A stretch of DNA of 64,000 nucleotides from an uncultured Bacteroidota bacterium (lineage in GTDB: Bacteria; Bacteroidota; Bacteroidia; Bacteroidales; VadinHA17). Shown piece after piece: positions 32,114 to 42,476 of the stretch (the first letter of the stretch is position 1; every line of letters begins with the position of its first letter). The stretch spans positions 306,063-370,062 of the forward strand of contig CAVYYM010000029.1 of the NCBI GenBank assembly GCA_963772715.1, in the 5' to 3' direction. The notes below the pieces were generated by a model. The model saw nothing but the letters and a program-made list of their open reading frames with translations, had not been told where the DNA came from and did no database searches. Position numbers and translations under genes: made by a program.

Positions 32114-32350
32114 ATGAACGGAAACAAGATTATGCAGCAATTCCACGCCATGTTCGGAATCTTCATGGTCGTATTTTACATCGGCATTGGGGTATTCATG
32201 CTGTTTTATGCTGACCGGATGTTCGTGATTGATAAGGCTATACGCATGATAATGGGATCAACTTTCCTTTTCTTCGGCGTATACAGGATCTTTGTTTCAT
32301 ATAAGCAGATACGGGAGGCTTTTTTCACAAGTGATAATGATGAGGATTGA
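32114..32350 (+). CDS. Small two-TM membrane protein
   Basis: Two hydrophobic helices and FGVYR; precedes the PstS-like gene. Confidence 0.7.
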   Translation: MNGNKIMQQFHAMFGIFMVVFYIGIGVFMLFYADRMFVIDKAIRMIMGSTFLFFGVYRIFVSYKQIREAFFTSDNDED

Positions 32351-32538
32351 ATCCATCCATCAGACTGCCGGTTTTTATGACCATCCGGAGGCAACAATAT
32401 GTCTTGGCATGCACTTTGCAGTACAAAAACTGAAAAAGTGTCAAACAATTAACAATATAAACTATGAATCTAGTTATAAATACGGGAAAATTGATTATAA
32501 TTGCGCTCCACAATACTAATTCTGATTTCACAGGCAAA

Positions 32539-33498
32539 GTGATCAGGAGATATAATCGCACGCTGAGGTCAGGTTTGCAATTAATGTTAATTGCATCGCT
32601 GGTCTTTTTTGTATCCTGCAAAAGCAATCCCAGGTTACCTGATGAATCACCTACCAGGGGAAACATCAGGATCATCTCTGATGAATCCTACAAGCCTCTG
32701 ATTGATGCTGAGATTTCTACCTTCACCGTGCTTTACAATAACGCAAAGGTCAGAGCTTCCTATAAGCCTGAAGTGGATGTCATCAATGATTTCATGAATG
32801 ACTCTGTAAAAGTAATCGTTACCAGCAAGAAGCTGACCGAGGACCAGATTCAATTTCTGAGGGACACGCTGGTTATTGCCCGTACTACAACTTTCGCCTA
32901 TGATGCCCTCGCTCTCATTACCAACAAGGCGAACAGGGATACCATTTTAATGTACAAAACCGTGAAGGATATATTCCTTGGGCAGATAACACTATGGAAA
33001 GAAGTCAATCCGAGATCAAGGCTCGGTGAGATAAAAGTAGTTTTCGATAATACCAAGTCGGGAAATATAAGATACTTCAAGGAGCTTTTTGAAATAAAGA
33101 CCGGTCTGCCTTACAATTTCTATGCATTGAACAGCAACGAAGAAGTTGTGGATTACGTTGCAAGGAATCCTGAAGCCATCGGCATTATAAGTGTCAACTG
33201 GATAAGCGATAAAGATGATGCCAGGAGCAAAAGTCTTCTTAATAAGATAAACAGAGTTGGAGTTTCCCAGCAGCTTTCTGATGACGGATCGTATTACCGT
33301 CCCGACCCGGGATTCATTTATACTAAAGAGTATCCCTTTACAAGGGAGGTTTATCTGATCTCCAGAGAAACCTTCAAGGGGCTCGGATCAGGTTTCATTC
33401 AGTGGGCGACAGCGGACCAGGGACAGACGATCGTGCTGAAGTCGGGGCTTGTTCCCGCCACGATGCCGATAAGGATAGTTCAGATGAAGACGGAATAA
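32539..33498 (+). CDS. PstS-like substrate-binding lipoprotein
   Basis: Lipobox FVSC, DES-KP, AYDALAL, YPFTREVY and GQTIVLKSGL; start (GTG 32539) inferred. Confidence 0.85.
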   Translation: MIRRYNRTLRSGLQLMLIASLVFFVSCKSNPRLPDESPTRGNIRIISDESYKPLIDAEISTFTVLYNNAKVRASYKPEVDVINDFMNDSVKVIVTSKKLTEDQIQFLRDTLVIARTTTFAYDALALITNKANRDTILMYKTVKDIFLGQITLWKEVNPRSRLGEIKVVFDNTKSGNIRYFKELFEIKTGLPYNFYALNSNEEVVDYVARNPEAIGIISVNWISDKDDARSKSLLNKINRVGVSQQLSDDGSYYRPDPGFIYTKEYPFTREVYLISRETFKGLGSGFIQWATADQGQTIVLKSGLVPATMPIRIVQMKTE

Positions 33499-33502
33499 GA
33501 TC

Positions 33503-33537
33503 AAAGACAAAAGACAAAAGACAAAAGATAAAAGAAC
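33503..33537. repeat. Heptamer array AAAGACA, ~5 copies
   Basis: aaagaca x3, aaagata, aaagaac; starts 4 bp after the stop codon. Confidence 0.75.
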
Positions 33538-33601
33538 AAAGTAAAAAGGAAGGACGAACAGTAAAATTTAGTAATATTGACAACAAAATAAAAGTTTAGC
33601 T

Positions 33602-35844
33602 ATGAAACGTTCATTATTCAAAAAGGGTTTAGTTCTGACTGCAGCGGCTGCAGGGCTTTTGACAGGAAATTTATTTGCGCAGGACCTTGCTTCCGCACTG
33701 CTTCTGACGAAGAGTGAGCAGTATGACAAAGCTGAAGCAATGTTAAACCAGCTGATACAGAAGGAGCCCGCAAACAGTAAATACTATTTCTATCATGGGT
33801 GAGAACAAGCTCCTTGATTACTATTCTGATACCATTTCCAACTCTCTTGCCATTTACACTAAAGCAGCAAAGGAAATTTTCCAGAAGGGAGTTACTGCAA
33901 ATGCAAATGATCCACTTAATTATGTGGGGCTGGCAAAAGTAGCCACTTATCTAGGGGATTACGCAACCGCAACTGCGATGAGAGCAAAGGCTAAAAGTTT
34001 TCTACTTCCCTATAAAAACCTCAAGAAGATCGTGCCTCCGGCCAAGGATTATGCTTTTGCGCTTGCAAAGATAGCCGAATCATATATTGATGATCGTGCA
34101 GTCGATACTGCTGCTGCTCTCCCCCTTATAAGGCAGGCATTAAAGATTCGATTCGAAGAATCCGGAGATTTATCTCATCCTCGGCGACATATATATATTA
34201 GGAAATGATGGCACAAATTCAATAAAGCAGTACAACTTCGCTCAGTATCTTGATCCCAAGTCACCGACAGCCTGTATGAAGATCGGCAATATCTATACCA
34301 GGGGAAAAAGCCTTAATGCTGCAAGGGAGAAGCTGGAGGAGGCAATTTCCCTGGATCCCAACTATGCTCCTGCTTATCGTGAACTGGGTCAGGTTTACTA
34401 TATGTCGAACAGGTATGACCAATCAAAGGCAAACTTTGCAAAATACCTGGAGCTTTCCGCAGGCAACATACCTGCAAAGACGAGATATGTAAACTCCCTC
34501 TTCTATGCAGGCGACTATGACGAAGTTATCAAGAATGTGGAAGAGATACTTGCTGTTGATGATTCCAGAGCTTACATGAACCGTCTTGCAGGTTATTCCT
34601 ATACCGACAAGAAGAATCCGGATTACACCAAAGCCCTTATGTACATGGACAAGCTTTTTGAAACGGTCTCGGAGGACAGAATAACTTTGAAAGACCATCA
34701 TTATACCGCAAGGATCATAATGAAGAAGAATCAGGATCTTCCCAAAATGGTTGATGAGCTTGAAAATCTTAACCAGCAGGTTCAGAGAAGCAAATCGAGA
34801 TATAATTCTGCTCCTGCTGCCGAAAAGACAAAGCTAAAGCCTGCACTTGACGAGCTTACTGCAAAATATGAAAAAATGAAAGCCGATGTTGCCGCTTCGC
34901 AGAAAGAGGTTGAGAGAGGATTTCAGGAATATGCAAAAGTAATTGAACTGAAACCACAGGACGCCACTCTTAAAAATGAAGTCGCAGCAAGCTATTACTC
35001 ATTCAAGAGATATGACGATGCAGCCAGGACATGGGCCAAGCTTATCGATCCGGCAAAAAATGACATCAATGCTTACATGAAAATAGGCAGGGCGTACAAC
35101 AATGGAAATAACCTGAAGGCTGCGGATTCAATATTCAAGATAGTAATCCAGAAGAATCCCGATTACCTCGATGCTTATATCTGGGATGCCCGCACTTATT
35201 CGAAAATGGATCCTGATTACAAGATGGGTCTGGCAAAGCCGAAATTTGAAAAGGTGGTTGAAGTGGCCAGCAAGGACTCGGTTGGAAACAGCAGCGAATT
35301 GATGGAAGCTTTTGGTTATCTTGGATGGTATCATTCGGAAAAAGGAAATTACGCAGCAGCCAGGTCATATTATAACAGGATGATAAACCTTGACCCGAAG
35401 AGCAAGGAGAACAAGATAAAGGGATACAACGGACTGGGACAGCTTGAATCTAAACTGGCTCCTGAAGAGAAAACACTCGAAGGAAAGCTTGCCATCCTTG
35501 GAAGAGCAAGCGATGCATATGAAAAAAGCCTTGCACTCGATCCCAACAATGCTTTAACTAAAAAGAATCTCGGGTGGGTTCAGGAATATATTGTATCTGT
35601 CAAGAAGGGAATTAACCCGAACGAGATCAAGGGAACGGTTAAAAACGCATCTGGCCAACCAATCGCTTTTGCCTCGGTAAAGATAAAAGACACTGCCGCT
35701 GAAACCTTCACCAATGGCAAGGGCGAATACAAGTTCGAAATTTCCCAGTCGTCTGAAATACTGGTAATCAGTGCAAAAGAATATGTCACCAAAGAGGTGC
35801 CCATAACAAAGTCGAGAATTTACAATGTAGTACTTCAAAAATAG
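33602..35844 (+). CDS. Secreted TPR protein with C-terminal carboxypeptidase-regulatory-like domain, two frameshifts
   Basis: Signal peptide; TPRs (LDPNYAPAYRELG); C-terminal IKGTVKNASGQPIAFASVKIK...TNGKGEY; three track ORFs join. Confidence 0.8.
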
Positions 35845-36031
35845 GACTTAAACTGATCTGAATATCTTTGATTTCATGATAGGGGGAAAAGAGTTTTAAA
35901 GGTCTTATATATTGGATTTTATAACTAAACCGTTCAAAAGAACAACATTCTTTTATACAATGTTGGAAAAGAAAAATTGATAATATATATTTGCGAATTG
36001 TAAAATCTTAAACCTAAACAAATCGATAAAA

Positions 36032-36850
36032 ATGAGTAAACAAGGAAGTTCGTTCAAAGATGCGCTGTCAAACATTTTTTCAGCTAGTGTTATACTGATA
36101 GCATTGGTGGTATCCTATGTATTGTTTGAAAACATCATGGGTAATCCGGTTCACTTCGAAGGCGGTAATCCGGAAGGAGCTGCACTTCAGGGAGACTACC
36201 TGGGTATTATTTACAAAGGTGGTATGATCGTTCCTATTCTTATGACCTGTGTTCTTGTTCTAATTGTTTTCATTATTGAAAGGGCAATCACTCTTTCAAG
36301 AGCAAAAGGAAAAGGCAGGATAAATTCATTTGTTCACAAACTTCAGGGTCTTCTTAATGAGGATAAAATTGAGGAAGCACTTGAGGCATGCGACAAGCAG
36401 AGAGGTTCACTTGCAAATGTCATGAAAGCCGGACTGATACGTTACCGCGACCTTCAGAAAGACAAGGAACTTGAAAAAGACCAGAAGATCCTTTCGATCC
36501 AGAAATCATTCGAAGAAGCAACAGCTCTTGAGCTGCCGATGCTTTCAAAGAACATGGTTATGTTCTCGACACTCGCATCAATATCAGTGCTTATCGGTCT
36601 TATCGGTACAGTGCTTGGTATGATCCGTGCATTCGGCGCCCTTGCACAATCAGGTGCTCCCGACGCCCTTGCCCTTGCAGAAGGTATATCAGAAGCACTT
36701 GTCAATACAGCATTCGGTATCACAGGTTCAACCCTTTCGATTATCGCTTTCAACTTTTTCACAACATCAATTGATTCGTACACCTTTAAAATTGATGAAG
36801 CAGGATTCAGCCTGACGCAAAGTTTCGCTGCCTCGCTGAAGACAACCTAA
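36032..36850 (+). CDS. exbB: MotA/TolQ/ExbB proton channel
   Basis: GLIGTVLGMIRAF and GISEALVNTAFG; -7 element TATATTTG at 35986. Confidence 0.92.
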   Translation: MSKQGSSFKDALSNIFSASVILIALVVSYVLFENIMGNPVHFEGGNPEGAALQGDYLGIIYKGGMIVPILMTCVLVLIVFIIERAITLSRAKGKGRINSFVHKLQGLLNEDKIEEALEACDKQRGSLANVMKAGLIRYRDLQKDKELEKDQKILSIQKSFEEATALELPMLSKNMVMFSTLASISVLIGLIGTVLGMIRAFGALAQSGAPDALALAEGISEALVNTAFGITGSTLSIIAFNFFTTSIDSYTFKIDEAGFSLTQSFAASLKTT

Positions 36851-36894
36851 TTGTGAATTTATCTTTTGGTCTAAACCTATAACTGGAAAAACTA

Positions 36895-37533
36895 ATGCCA
36901 AAGATTAAATTACCAACAAAGTCGCCTAGAATCGACATGACGCCGATGGTTGATACATTTGCAGTGATTCTTACATTCCTTATGCTCACCGCGACAATGA
37001 GACAAACCGAGCCGGCCAATGTCGTTACGCCTTTCTCAATATCAGAAAAACCTACTCCTGATTTCAACAACATGACTTTCCTCATTTCCCCTGAAGGCAA
37101 GGTGTTTATGAATATGGATAACGGACCTGACACCCTTTATAAATTCAGACGCAAGATCCTTGAAGAGATGGGAAAGAGATACACTATCGAATTTACCGAA
37201 AAAGAATTGAGGGAATTTGAGAAGTTTCCATCATCCATGGGTGTTCCAATCATGAAGATGAAGGAGTTCCTTGCAGGAAAAAATATGAAGGAGCGAGATC
37301 CCTTCCAGGTTGGAATACCGGTTGACTCAGCCGATAACCAGCTGGCAATGTGGATTCTCTGCGCACGTCAGGTTAATCCGGGAATAAATGCAAGCATCAA
37401 GGGAGATTCTGAAACTCCATTCCCTGCAGTTAAGAAAGTTCTGGACAATCTGCAGGACAAGAAGATCAACAGGTTTATGCTGGTTACGAGCCTTGAAGCT
37501 ACTAAGATTAATCTAGAAGAAATACAACAGTGA
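36895..37533 (+). CDS. exbD: ExbD/TolR family protein
   Basis: IDMTPMVD TM motif; IKGD. Confidence 0.9.
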   Translation: MPKIKLPTKSPRIDMTPMVDTFAVILTFLMLTATMRQTEPANVVTPFSISEKPTPDFNNMTFLISPEGKVFMNMDNGPDTLYKFRRKILEEMGKRYTIEFTEKELREFEKFPSSMGVPIMKMKEFLAGKNMKERDPFQVGIPVDSADNQLAMWILCARQVNPGINASIKGDSETPFPAVKKVLDNLQDKKINRFMLVTSLEATKINLEEIQQ

Positions 37534-37534
37534 T

Positions 37535-38203
37535 ATGGCAGAAATAATTCAAGAGGAAAAGGCAAAAGGCGGGAAGAGGAAATCGAAGAAGCATCCGCCG
37601 CATATCGACATGACACCGATGGTCGACCTTATGTGTCTGCTGATCACATTCTTTATGCTTACCACTGCCTTCGCAAAAGCTAAAGTCATGGAGATCGTTC
37701 TTCCTGAAAAGATCGAAAATCCTGAACAACAGAATACGCCTACGGTTGCAAAAAGCCGAAACGTTAATATCCTTCTTGGTCCCGATGACAGAATATTCTG
37801 GTATCCCGGATCTGTTGATGCAGCTGATTATAATAACAATGTATTCCCTCCCCTTCAGGAGCTGGATTATAGTCCAACCGGAGTACGTCAGCTGCTTCTC
37901 GACAAGAACAAGACTCTGGCAAGAAAAATTGCCGAGTTCCAGGATAAGGTATTGAGAGGTGAGCTTGTACTGTCTCAGGATTCAATCGCTGGTTCAATCA
38001 GGAAACTTAAATCCGATGATGATACAGGTCCTTTTGTGCAAATTAAAGCATCTAAGGAAGCTACTTACGGCAACTTCGTGGATATACTCGATGAGATGAA
38101 TATCTGCGGGATAGGCCGGTATATGTTTGTTGACATCGCATGGTATGAAGAAAAGATGGTGGAACTGGCAACAGGCAAAACTACTCTGGCTTCTACCAAA
38201 TAA
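37535..38203 (+). CDS. exbD: ExbD/TolR family protein
   Basis: IDMTPMVDLMCLLITFFML; YGNFVDILDEM. Confidence 0.9.
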   Translation: MAEIIQEEKAKGGKRKSKKHPPHIDMTPMVDLMCLLITFFMLTTAFAKAKVMEIVLPEKIENPEQQNTPTVAKSRNVNILLGPDDRIFWYPGSVDAADYNNNVFPPLQELDYSPTGVRQLLLDKNKTLARKIAEFQDKVLRGELVLSQDSIAGSIRKLKSDDDTGPFVQIKASKEATYGNFVDILDEMNICGIGRYMFVDIAWYEEKMVELATGKTTLASTK

Positions 38204-38222
38204 AACGTAAACCCAAATCGAA

Positions 38223-38999
38223 ATGGCACGTGAAAAAGAAAAAGCTCCATCCTTAAACGACATAGTGTTCGAGCTAAGGAATAAGGAGTACGGCGCATAC
38301 AAGTTGCGGAAGAAATACAACCGCAATGTGTTAATTGGTGTGCTTATAGGGATTCTGCTTTTGGGTACAGCAGTAATAACTCCCCATATCTATGCGAAAG
38401 CAATGGAGAGTAAAAAAGCTCGCGAGGAAAGACAGGTAGAGATGATCATGGAGAATCTGGATCAGCCGGCTGAACAGGTTGCACCGCCACCACCACCTCC
38501 TCCCCCGGCTGAAGCTCAACAGCAGAACAGATATGTTCCACCGGTTGTCGTTGATTCAGTAAAACCCGAAGATAATGTTCAGCTTTTAACAGCTGACCAG
38601 GCAGCAGTTGAAGTAGTCAACGAAGAGTATATCGAAGCAGTTGAAGAGGTTAAGGAAGAAGTCCAGGAAGAAGAAGCTGAACCCGAACCATTCGTGGTTG
38701 TCGAGGAGATGCCTGAATTTCCGGGTGGTCAGATTGAACTTCTGAAGTATATCTTCGAGCATACCAACTATCCGGAAGTTGCCAAGGAAAACAACATCCA
38801 GGGCAAGGTAATCGTAAGATTCTGTGTTACAGCGAAAGGAACGGTCAGTCAGATCAGCATCCTAAAGGGTGTCGATACTGAACTCGACAAGGAAGCAATG
38901 AGAGTTGTTTCGACACTTCCTACATTTAAGCCAGGTAAACAGGGCGGGAAACCGGTTCCTGTATGGTACATGGTACCAATTTCCTTCACGCTTAAGTAA
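38223..38999 (+). CDS. tonB: Energy transducer TonB
   Basis: NKEYGAYKLR, poly-Pro linker, MPEFPGG, YP--A-ENNIQGKV and PGKQGGKPV. Confidence 0.92.
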   Translation: MAREKEKAPSLNDIVFELRNKEYGAYKLRKKYNRNVLIGVLIGILLLGTAVITPHIYAKAMESKKAREERQVEMIMENLDQPAEQVAPPPPPPPPAEAQQQNRYVPPVVVDSVKPEDNVQLLTADQAAVEVVNEEYIEAVEEVKEEVQEEEAEPEPFVVVEEMPEFPGGQIELLKYIFEHTNYPEVAKENNIQGKVIVRFCVTAKGTVSQISILKGVDTELDKEAMRVVSTLPTFKPGKQGGKPVPVWYMVPISFTLK

Positions 39000-39020
39000 G
39001 CTCATTTTATTGATTATATG

Positions 39021-39049
39021 AAAAGGGCTCCGGAAACCGGAGCCCTTTT
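39021..39049. terminator. Bidirectional intrinsic terminator
   Basis: aaaagggctccgg-aaa-ccggagccctttt. Confidence 0.85.
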
Positions 39050-39087
39050 CTGTTTATTTATCCCTCATCTCCTCCGCAGGGGGGTTC

Positions 39088-40117
39088 TCAGTTCAGTTCC
39101 TTTGTCAGTAAGGACACAAATTCCTCAATATCCTCCTCCGTCGTATCCCAGCTTGTCATTAGCCTGTATTCAGAGGTCGATTCATTCCAGGGATAAAAGA
39201 AGAAGATGCTTCATAACCTTTTCAGCAGCTGCTTTGGGGATGATGACAAACACACCATTCGACTGAACTTCCTGCGTGATCCTGACATTCTTTATTCCCT
39301 TTAGCTTACCTGCAAGAATGGCAGCCATGGCATTGGAATGAGACGCACATCGCTTCCATAGATCGTTCCGGAAATAGGCAATATACTGAGCTGATATAAA
39401 CCTCATTTTCGAGGCCAGCTGCATACCCTGCTTCCTTATATACTTAAAATCAGCTGACAATCCCGGCTTCAGGAAACAGACCGCCTCCCCCATCATCATG
39501 CCGTTCTTGGTTCCTCCAAAAGAGAGAACATCAACACCGGCATCAGTTGTGAATGACTTGAAAGGCAACCCCAGCGAGACAGCCGCATTTGCTATCCTGG
39601 CGCCGTCCATGTGAAGATACAAGCCCATGGAATGAACATAGTCAGCCAGCCTTCGAATCTCTTCCACACTATATACCGTGCCCATCTCAGTCGACTGGGT
39701 GATGGAAACCACCTTTGGCTGAGCATGATGCTCGAAATCGAATCCGTGCATATGCTTTGCTATCAGTTCCGGGGTTATCTTGCCATCAGGTGTTTCAACA
39801 GTCAGGACTTTGCATCCCGTGAATTTTTCCGGTGCACCACATTCATCAGCCTCAAGGTGTGCGGTTTCAGCAGTAATGATAGAATTCCATGAACGGGTTA
39901 TAGCAGTAATTCCCAATACGTTGGCAGCAGTTCCTGTAAATGCGAAAAATACTTCGGTGTCAGGACCGAGCTGCTCTCTAAAGAGCTGTTTAGCCTGCTC
40001 CGTATAAATATCTGATCCATAGCCAATCACATGGCCGGTATTAACAAATGCAAGTTCATTAATAATGCCGGGATGTACCCCGGCATTATTATCACTTGCG
40101 AAACCTCGTTTAATCAT
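39088..40117 (-). CDS. ltaE: Low-specificity L-threonine aldolase, C-terminal frameshift
   Basis: FASDN, GTAAN, HMDGAR, SFGGTKNG and SKMRF; last part (FYPWNE...TSWDTTEEDI) is in another frame. Confidence 0.85.
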
Positions 40118-41326
40118 TTATCTGATCTTTGAACCTTTTACTGCGAAGTAGGTAATATATGCGTAGTAAATGAACAGGCAGCAGATAGCTACAACAAGTC
40201 CAATACCTCTCTGAATGCCTCCCATCATTATCGGAAGCAATGCTGCTCCGATCACTGAAGTGGCAATTACACCCGAACCAACTTTTGAATGAGGACCCAG
40301 GTCTTCAAGGGCAAGGTTGAAAATGCATGGCCACATGATCGAATGCATCAGGCCTGTTCCAAGGAACAATACAAGAGCAACCCAGCTCATTCCCATCTTG
40401 CCGAGTACAAGTGAAAGCAAAAGCATCACTGCACCGAAGATGGCATTGAAGCTGAGTATTTTCCTTGCAGAATATTTACGCAGGATAAAAATACCGGCAA
40501 TACGGCCAACCATCAGTCCGGCCCAGTAATAAGCCAATAGTTTTGTCCTCATCTCACCATCAAAGGTGAATCCGAGTTTGTCCTGATAATCAGCAAAAAA
40601 GCTCGGGATGCCTATTTCAACGCCCATGTAGAAGAAGATGGCCAGTGAACCGAGCCACATGTGTGTGTACTTGTATGCGCTGGATTTATATTGTTTAACT
40701 ACTCCACCTTCTGAGGCTTCACCTTCTTTTATCTCCGGAAGCTTCATGAAGAACATGACGACAACGATGATAAGAGTAGCTATTCCGATACCGGCAAAAG
40801 GTCCCTGAACAGCTTTAGGATCAGATGCACCTCCTGTATTTGCTGAGACTATCAGCATTGAAACAAATATGGGAGCTATAACCGTTGCCAGGGAGTTAAG
40901 CGCATTGGTAAGAGTCAGTCGGCTTGCAGCTGTTTCAGGAGTTCCAAGGGCGTTAACATAAGGATTGGCGGCCACCTGTAGTATAACTACACCAATTGCA
41001 AATACAGATACTGCACTCAGAAAGCCATAATAACCAAGGGCTACTCCGGGAATGCACAGAAAGAAACCCAGGGCGATCAGGGCCAGCGAACTCAGAACTC
41101 CCCACCTGTATCCAATCTTGTTCAGAAGATAACCTACTGGAATTGAAAGGATGTATGCGCCATAAAAAAACGTGTTGGGCAGCTGCTTTTCAACCTCATT
41201 CAGGTTAAAGGCGCTTTTAAGGTAGTCTATGAGTGAGTTGTTCATTGTTGTGATGAAGCCCAGCAGAAAGAACATGGCAGCCATCACGATCAGGGGGAAC
41301 AGAAATTTGTTTTTGTTGTCAGTCAT
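40118..41326 (-). CDS. MFS sugar transporter, FucP/GluP family
   Basis: LQVAANPYV, RLTL--ALNS, YMGVE and SIMWP motifs. Confidence 0.88.
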   Translation of the reverse strand: MTDNKNKFLFPLIVMAAMFFLLGFITTMNNSLIDYLKSAFNLNEVEKQLPNTFFYGAYILSIPVGYLLNKIGYRWGVLSSLALIALGFFLCIPGVALGYYGFLSAVSVFAIGVVILQVAANPYVNALGTPETAASRLTLTNALNSLATVIAPIFVSMLIVSANTGGASDPKAVQGPFAGIGIATLIIVVVMFFMKLPEIKEGEASEGGVVKQYKSSAYKYTHMWLGSLAIFFYMGVEIGIPSFFADYQDKLGFTFDGEMRTKLLAYYWAGLMVGRIAGIFILRKYSARKILSFNAIFGAVMLLLSLVLGKMGMSWVALVLFLGTGLMHSIMWPCIFNLALEDLGPHSKVGSGVIATSVIGAALLPIMMGGIQRGIGLVVAICCLFIYYAYITYFAVKGSKIR

Positions 41327-41353
41327 GGTATAAATTATTATGTTAGTATTTAA

Positions 41354-41411
41354 AAGGTTTAAGGTTTAAGGTGCAAGGTAAAGACCATATACCGTGTACC
41401 GTATACCGCTA
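41354..41411. repeat. Inverted pair of heptamer arrays (AAGGTNN x4 / ACCRNNN x4)
   Basis: aaggttt aaggttt aaggtgc aaggtaa ag accatat accgtgt accgtat accgcta; abuts the galM stop. Confidence 0.75.
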
Positions 41412-42464
41412 TCATTTTACTCTAAATTTATAAATGCAGCAGTGTTTATATTCTTCTCCGGGATTAAGAATTGTCGAAGGGAAGTGTGGTTTGTTGACTG
41501 CGTCGGCGAAATGCTGTGTTTCGAGGCAGAAGGACCACCTTCGCTGGTATTTTTTGCCGCCTTTGCCCTTTTCATTGTCGATCCAGTTGGCAGAATAAAA
41601 CTGAACACCCGGCTGTGTCGTATATACTTCCATGATGCGTCCGGAATCCGGATCGCGAGCAACTACAGCAAGTCCCAATGTGCCTGTGCGGTGCTTTAGA
41701 ACCCAGTTGTGATCGTAACCTGCACCATATTTTATCTGTGTGTCATCCATATCAATTCCTGCTCCAATTTTTCTCGGAATTGTGAAATCCATGGGTGTTC
41801 CTTTGACCGGACGGATCTCCCCTGTAGGAACATTTGAGTCATCGGTGGGAGTAAAAAAATCACCGTTTATCATCAATTCCTGATCATAGATGCTTCCCGA
41901 TCCTTCTCCGGCCAGATTGAAATATGAATGCGAGGCCAGATTTACTACTGTCGGTTTGTCGGTTGTCGCATCATAATCGAGCCTCAGCTCATTATCATCT
42001 GTAAGAGTGTAATTAACAGATACTTTTACTTTTCCGGGGTATCCCTCCTCTCCGTCCGGAGAAACATATTCCATTTTCACGGATGAATCAGTCTTTTTCA
42101 CGATATCCCAAACCACTTTGCTGAATCCGGTTATCCCTCCGTGCAGATGGTTCGGGCCATTGTTCACCGCAAGTGTGTAATCCTTTCCCAGGAGCGAGAA
42201 TTTACCTCTGCCAATCCGGTTTGCGCAGCGTCCGCATACCGCCCCCATATAGGGACCGTTGCCATCGATATATTCCCTGATGGTATCATAACCCTGGACA
42301 ATATCTTCAAAATTGCCTTCCCGGTCAGGAACATGAATGCTGACAATAATGGCGCCATAGTTTGTAACCTGGGCAACGAGGCCGTTTTTATTCTTAAGTG
42401 TGTAAAGGGAGGTCGTTTTTCCTTTATGAACACCTTTAAATGATTCTTCAGGAATAATATTCAT
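41412..42464 (-). CDS. galM: Aldose 1-epimerase (galactose mutarotase)
   Basis: GRCANRI, HLHGG, HSYFNL, YDHN and CLETQ motifs. Confidence 0.93.
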   Translation of the reverse strand: MNIIPEESFKGVHKGKTTSLYTLKNKNGLVAQVTNYGAIIVSIHVPDREGNFEDIVQGYDTIREYIDGNGPYMGAVCGRCANRIGRGKFSLLGKDYTLAVNNGPNHLHGGITGFSKVVWDIVKKTDSSVKMEYVSPDGEEGYPGKVKVSVNYTLTDDNELRLDYDATTDKPTVVNLASHSYFNLAGEGSGSIYDQELMINGDFFTPTDDSNVPTGEIRPVKGTPMDFTIPRKIGAGIDMDDTQIKYGAGYDHNWVLKHRTGTLGLAVVARDPDSGRIMEVYTTQPGVQFYSANWIDNEKGKGGKKYQRRWSFCLETQHFADAVNKPHFPSTILNPGEEYKHCCIYKFRVK

Positions 42465-42476
42465 GATTTTATCTGA

